From Bdellovibrionota bacterium (lineage in GTDB: Bacteria > Bdellovibrionota_G > JALEGL01 > DATDPG01), in the NCBI GenBank assembly GCA_963668355.1, contig OY764265.1, positions 288,111-352,110 on the forward strand: DNA of 64,000 bases. Direction: 5' to 3'. The position numbers and the translations under genes are program-made. Under the pieces are notes generated by a model. That model was not told where the DNA came from. It ran no database searches and saw only the letters and a program-made list of their open reading frames with translations. Below are positions 62,325-64,000 of the stretch, one piece after another (within the stretch, counting starts at the first letter, position 1; each line of letters opens with the position of its first letter).

Positions 62325-63587
62325 TTACTTCACAAATTCCCGTTCGATCTTTGCTCCAACCGAACTCAATTTGCGCTCCATGTTCTCATACCCACGATCC
62401 AAATGATAGATGCGGGACACTTCCGTTTTTCCTTCCGCTGCGAGTCCCGCTAAAACCAGAGACGCACTAGCCCTTAAATCTGTAGCCATCACAGGGGCCC
62501 CTCTGAGCGAGGGAACGCCAATCACCGTGGCCGATGAATCTCGAATGTGAAGATTGGCTCCCATCCGTAACAACTCGGCCACATGCATGTATCGATTCTC
62601 AAAAATTCTTTCCGTCACGGTGCTCGCACCGTTTGCAAAACACAGTAAAACCATCAATTGGGCCTGCATATCTGTGGGAAAACCGGGATATGGAGCCGTT
62701 TCCACATGTGCGGGTTGAATCGGTCGCTTTCCTCGAACCCGGATTCCATTCGAATCCTCTTCAATCACGGTCCCAATCTCACGCATTTTTGCAATGACCG
62801 CCTGCAAATGAGAAGCGTTCGCCCCTCTCAAGAAGACATTTCCCTCCGTCAGGGCCCCGGCCACCATATACGTGCCCGTTTCAATGCGGTCGGGAATGAG
62901 TTCTACATCATACCCTCCCAACCTTTCGACCCCTTCCACCTGAATCGTCCGCGTCCCCGCTCCCTGGATATTGGCTCCCATTTGATTCAACACTTCCGCA
63001 ACGGCCGGCACTTCAGGCTCGCACGCACAATTTCGAAAAATGCTGGTTCCCTTAGCCAGAGAGGAAGCAATCATGGCATTGAGGGTTCCCGTCACGGTCA
63101 CCAACTCAAAGAGAAAATCGGCTCCTTTCAATCGTGCAGCCTTGGCTTCAACGTAACCATCTTCCAATGCAATATTGGCCCCCAACGCTTCCAGAACCTT
63201 CAAGTGCTGATCAATGGGTCGCACACCGATCGCGCATCCACCGGGAAGTGAAACCCTAGCTACGCCTTCACGAGCCACCAACGGGCCCAACAAGAGCACC
63301 GAAGCCCTCATTTTCCGAACAAAATCATAGGGAGCCTCAGAACCCGTCAAATCTTTGGCTTGAAATGAGATTTCCCGTTCGCCGCGTTCAATTCTCACGC
63401 CCAAAACACGCAGAATATCCGCCATCGTATCAATATCTTTCAACGCGGGAACATTGCTCAAACGACATGGGGAAGACGTCAGCAAAGCCGTAGCCATGAT
63501 GGGAAGAGCGGCATTTTTGGCTCCACTGATGGGGATTTCGCCCTCCAATCGATTTCCCCCAATCACGGTGATTTTTTCCAACGCCAT
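62325..63587 (-). CDS. murA: UDP-N-acetylglucosamine 1-carboxyvinyltransferase
   Basis: 420 aa. EPT fold with the catalytic Cys context (ALPGGCAIGVRPID). Confidence 0.95.
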   Translation of the reverse strand: MALEKITVIGGNRLEGEIPISGAKNAALPIMATALLTSSPCRLSNVPALKDIDTMADILRVLGVRIERGEREISFQAKDLTGSEAPYDFVRKMRASVLLLGPLVAREGVARVSLPGGCAIGVRPIDQHLKVLEALGANIALEDGYVEAKAARLKGADFLFELVTVTGTLNAMIASSLAKGTSIFRNCACEPEVPAVAEVLNQMGANIQGAGTRTIQVEGVERLGGYDVELIPDRIETGTYMVAGALTEGNVFLRGANASHLQAVIAKMREIGTVIEEDSNGIRVRGKRPIQPAHVETAPYPGFPTDMQAQLMVLLCFANGASTVTERIFENRYMHVAELLRMGANLHIRDSSATVIGVPSLRGAPVMATDLRASASLVLAGLAAEGKTEVSRIYHLDRGYENMERKLSSVGAKIEREFVK

Positions 63588-63588
63588 C

Positions 63589-64000
63589 TTAAAATCCTGT
63601 GCGCGCCTTTATGATTCTAGGAATACCGGACAAATCTTCTCGAATGCCCTCAACGGTATATCCCGCCTTCTCCAAAAGTTCAGAAACCATGTTTTCCTGT
63701 CCCATCCCCATTTCCAAAAACAAAAAACCTTCCCTCAAACGATCTTTGGCGGAATCGATCAGAGCTCGAATGAATTTCAAACCATCTGTCCCTGCCTCTA
63801 AAGCTCGAAGAGGTTCAAAATCTCGAATCTCATGGGACAACGTCTTGATACTTTCTTCTGGAATGTATGGCAAATTTGCAACGATGAGATCGAAATCCTC
63901 TTCGACCTCCCCAAGCAAGTCACTTTCGATAAAACGAATGTCCAAGCCGAGAGATTCCGCGTTCAAACGCGCGACGTCCAAAGCTTCTGCGGAAATATCT
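63589..64000 (-). CDS. HemK/PrmC-like protein-(glutamine-N5) methyltransferase, C-terminal part (gene continues beyond the window end)
   Basis: DLIVANLPYIP, i.e. the (N/D)PPY motif. Confidence 0.75.
   Translation of the reverse strand, partial: DISAEALDVARLNAESLGLDIRFIESDLLGEVEEDFDLIVANLPYIPEESIKTLSHEIRDFEPLRALEAGTDGLKFIRALIDSAKDRLREGFLFLEMGMGQENMVSELLEKAGYTVEGIREDLSGIPRIIKARTGF

Overview
This is a bacterial chromosomal segment, probably from a didermic (Gram-negative-type) organism. The evidence for that is a TamA/TamB pair, an OmpA lipoprotein, a Tol-Pal YbgF-like protein and squalene-hopene cyclase. Almost every large ORF is recognisable and the window is coding-dense.

There are four blocks.
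1. 1-10.5 kb, central carbon metabolism: phosphoketolase (5' part only, the gene continues past the left edge), acetate kinase, a type III PKS, a VIT-family transporter, the tkt-pgl-zwf operon and a convergent short-form gnd.
2. 10.6-14.8 kb: a TamB-like/TamA-like pair, with the TamA-like gene apparently split by a frameshift.
3. About 14.8-33.6 kb: a run of stress-type genes. These are a PRC-barrel protein, a HAD-pgm-glgP glycogen-catabolism operon, hsp20, two DUF2934 paralogs, two HPF/RaiA paralogs, a CsbD-like protein, an SPFH protein, an OmpA-like lipoprotein, a B12-binding radical SAM protein, DUF1003, an lmo0937-like peptide, a LysR regulator and a GGDEF protein. This block is punctuated by at least eight copies of a conserved bipartite ~50-bp intergenic motif and by two copies of a ~75-bp structured leader element.
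4. 33.6-64 kb: a GT4+GH15 islet bounded by direct repeats of the 3' end of tRNA-Glu, the tRNA-Glu and tRNA-Lys genes, and a long co-directional housekeeping block (purA, serA, a class V aminotransferase, an Hsp70/J-protein pair, xerC/D, trmFO, topA, dprA, a LysM protein, ybgF, pgeF, an HNH nuclease, selA). After that come shc, a PilZ protein, meaB, purQ, coaE, accD, murA and a partial prmC-like gene.

I saw no CRISPR array, IS element or transposase. The main novelty is the repeated promoter/operator-like motif tying the stress genes into a putative regulon, together with the duplicated structured leader.
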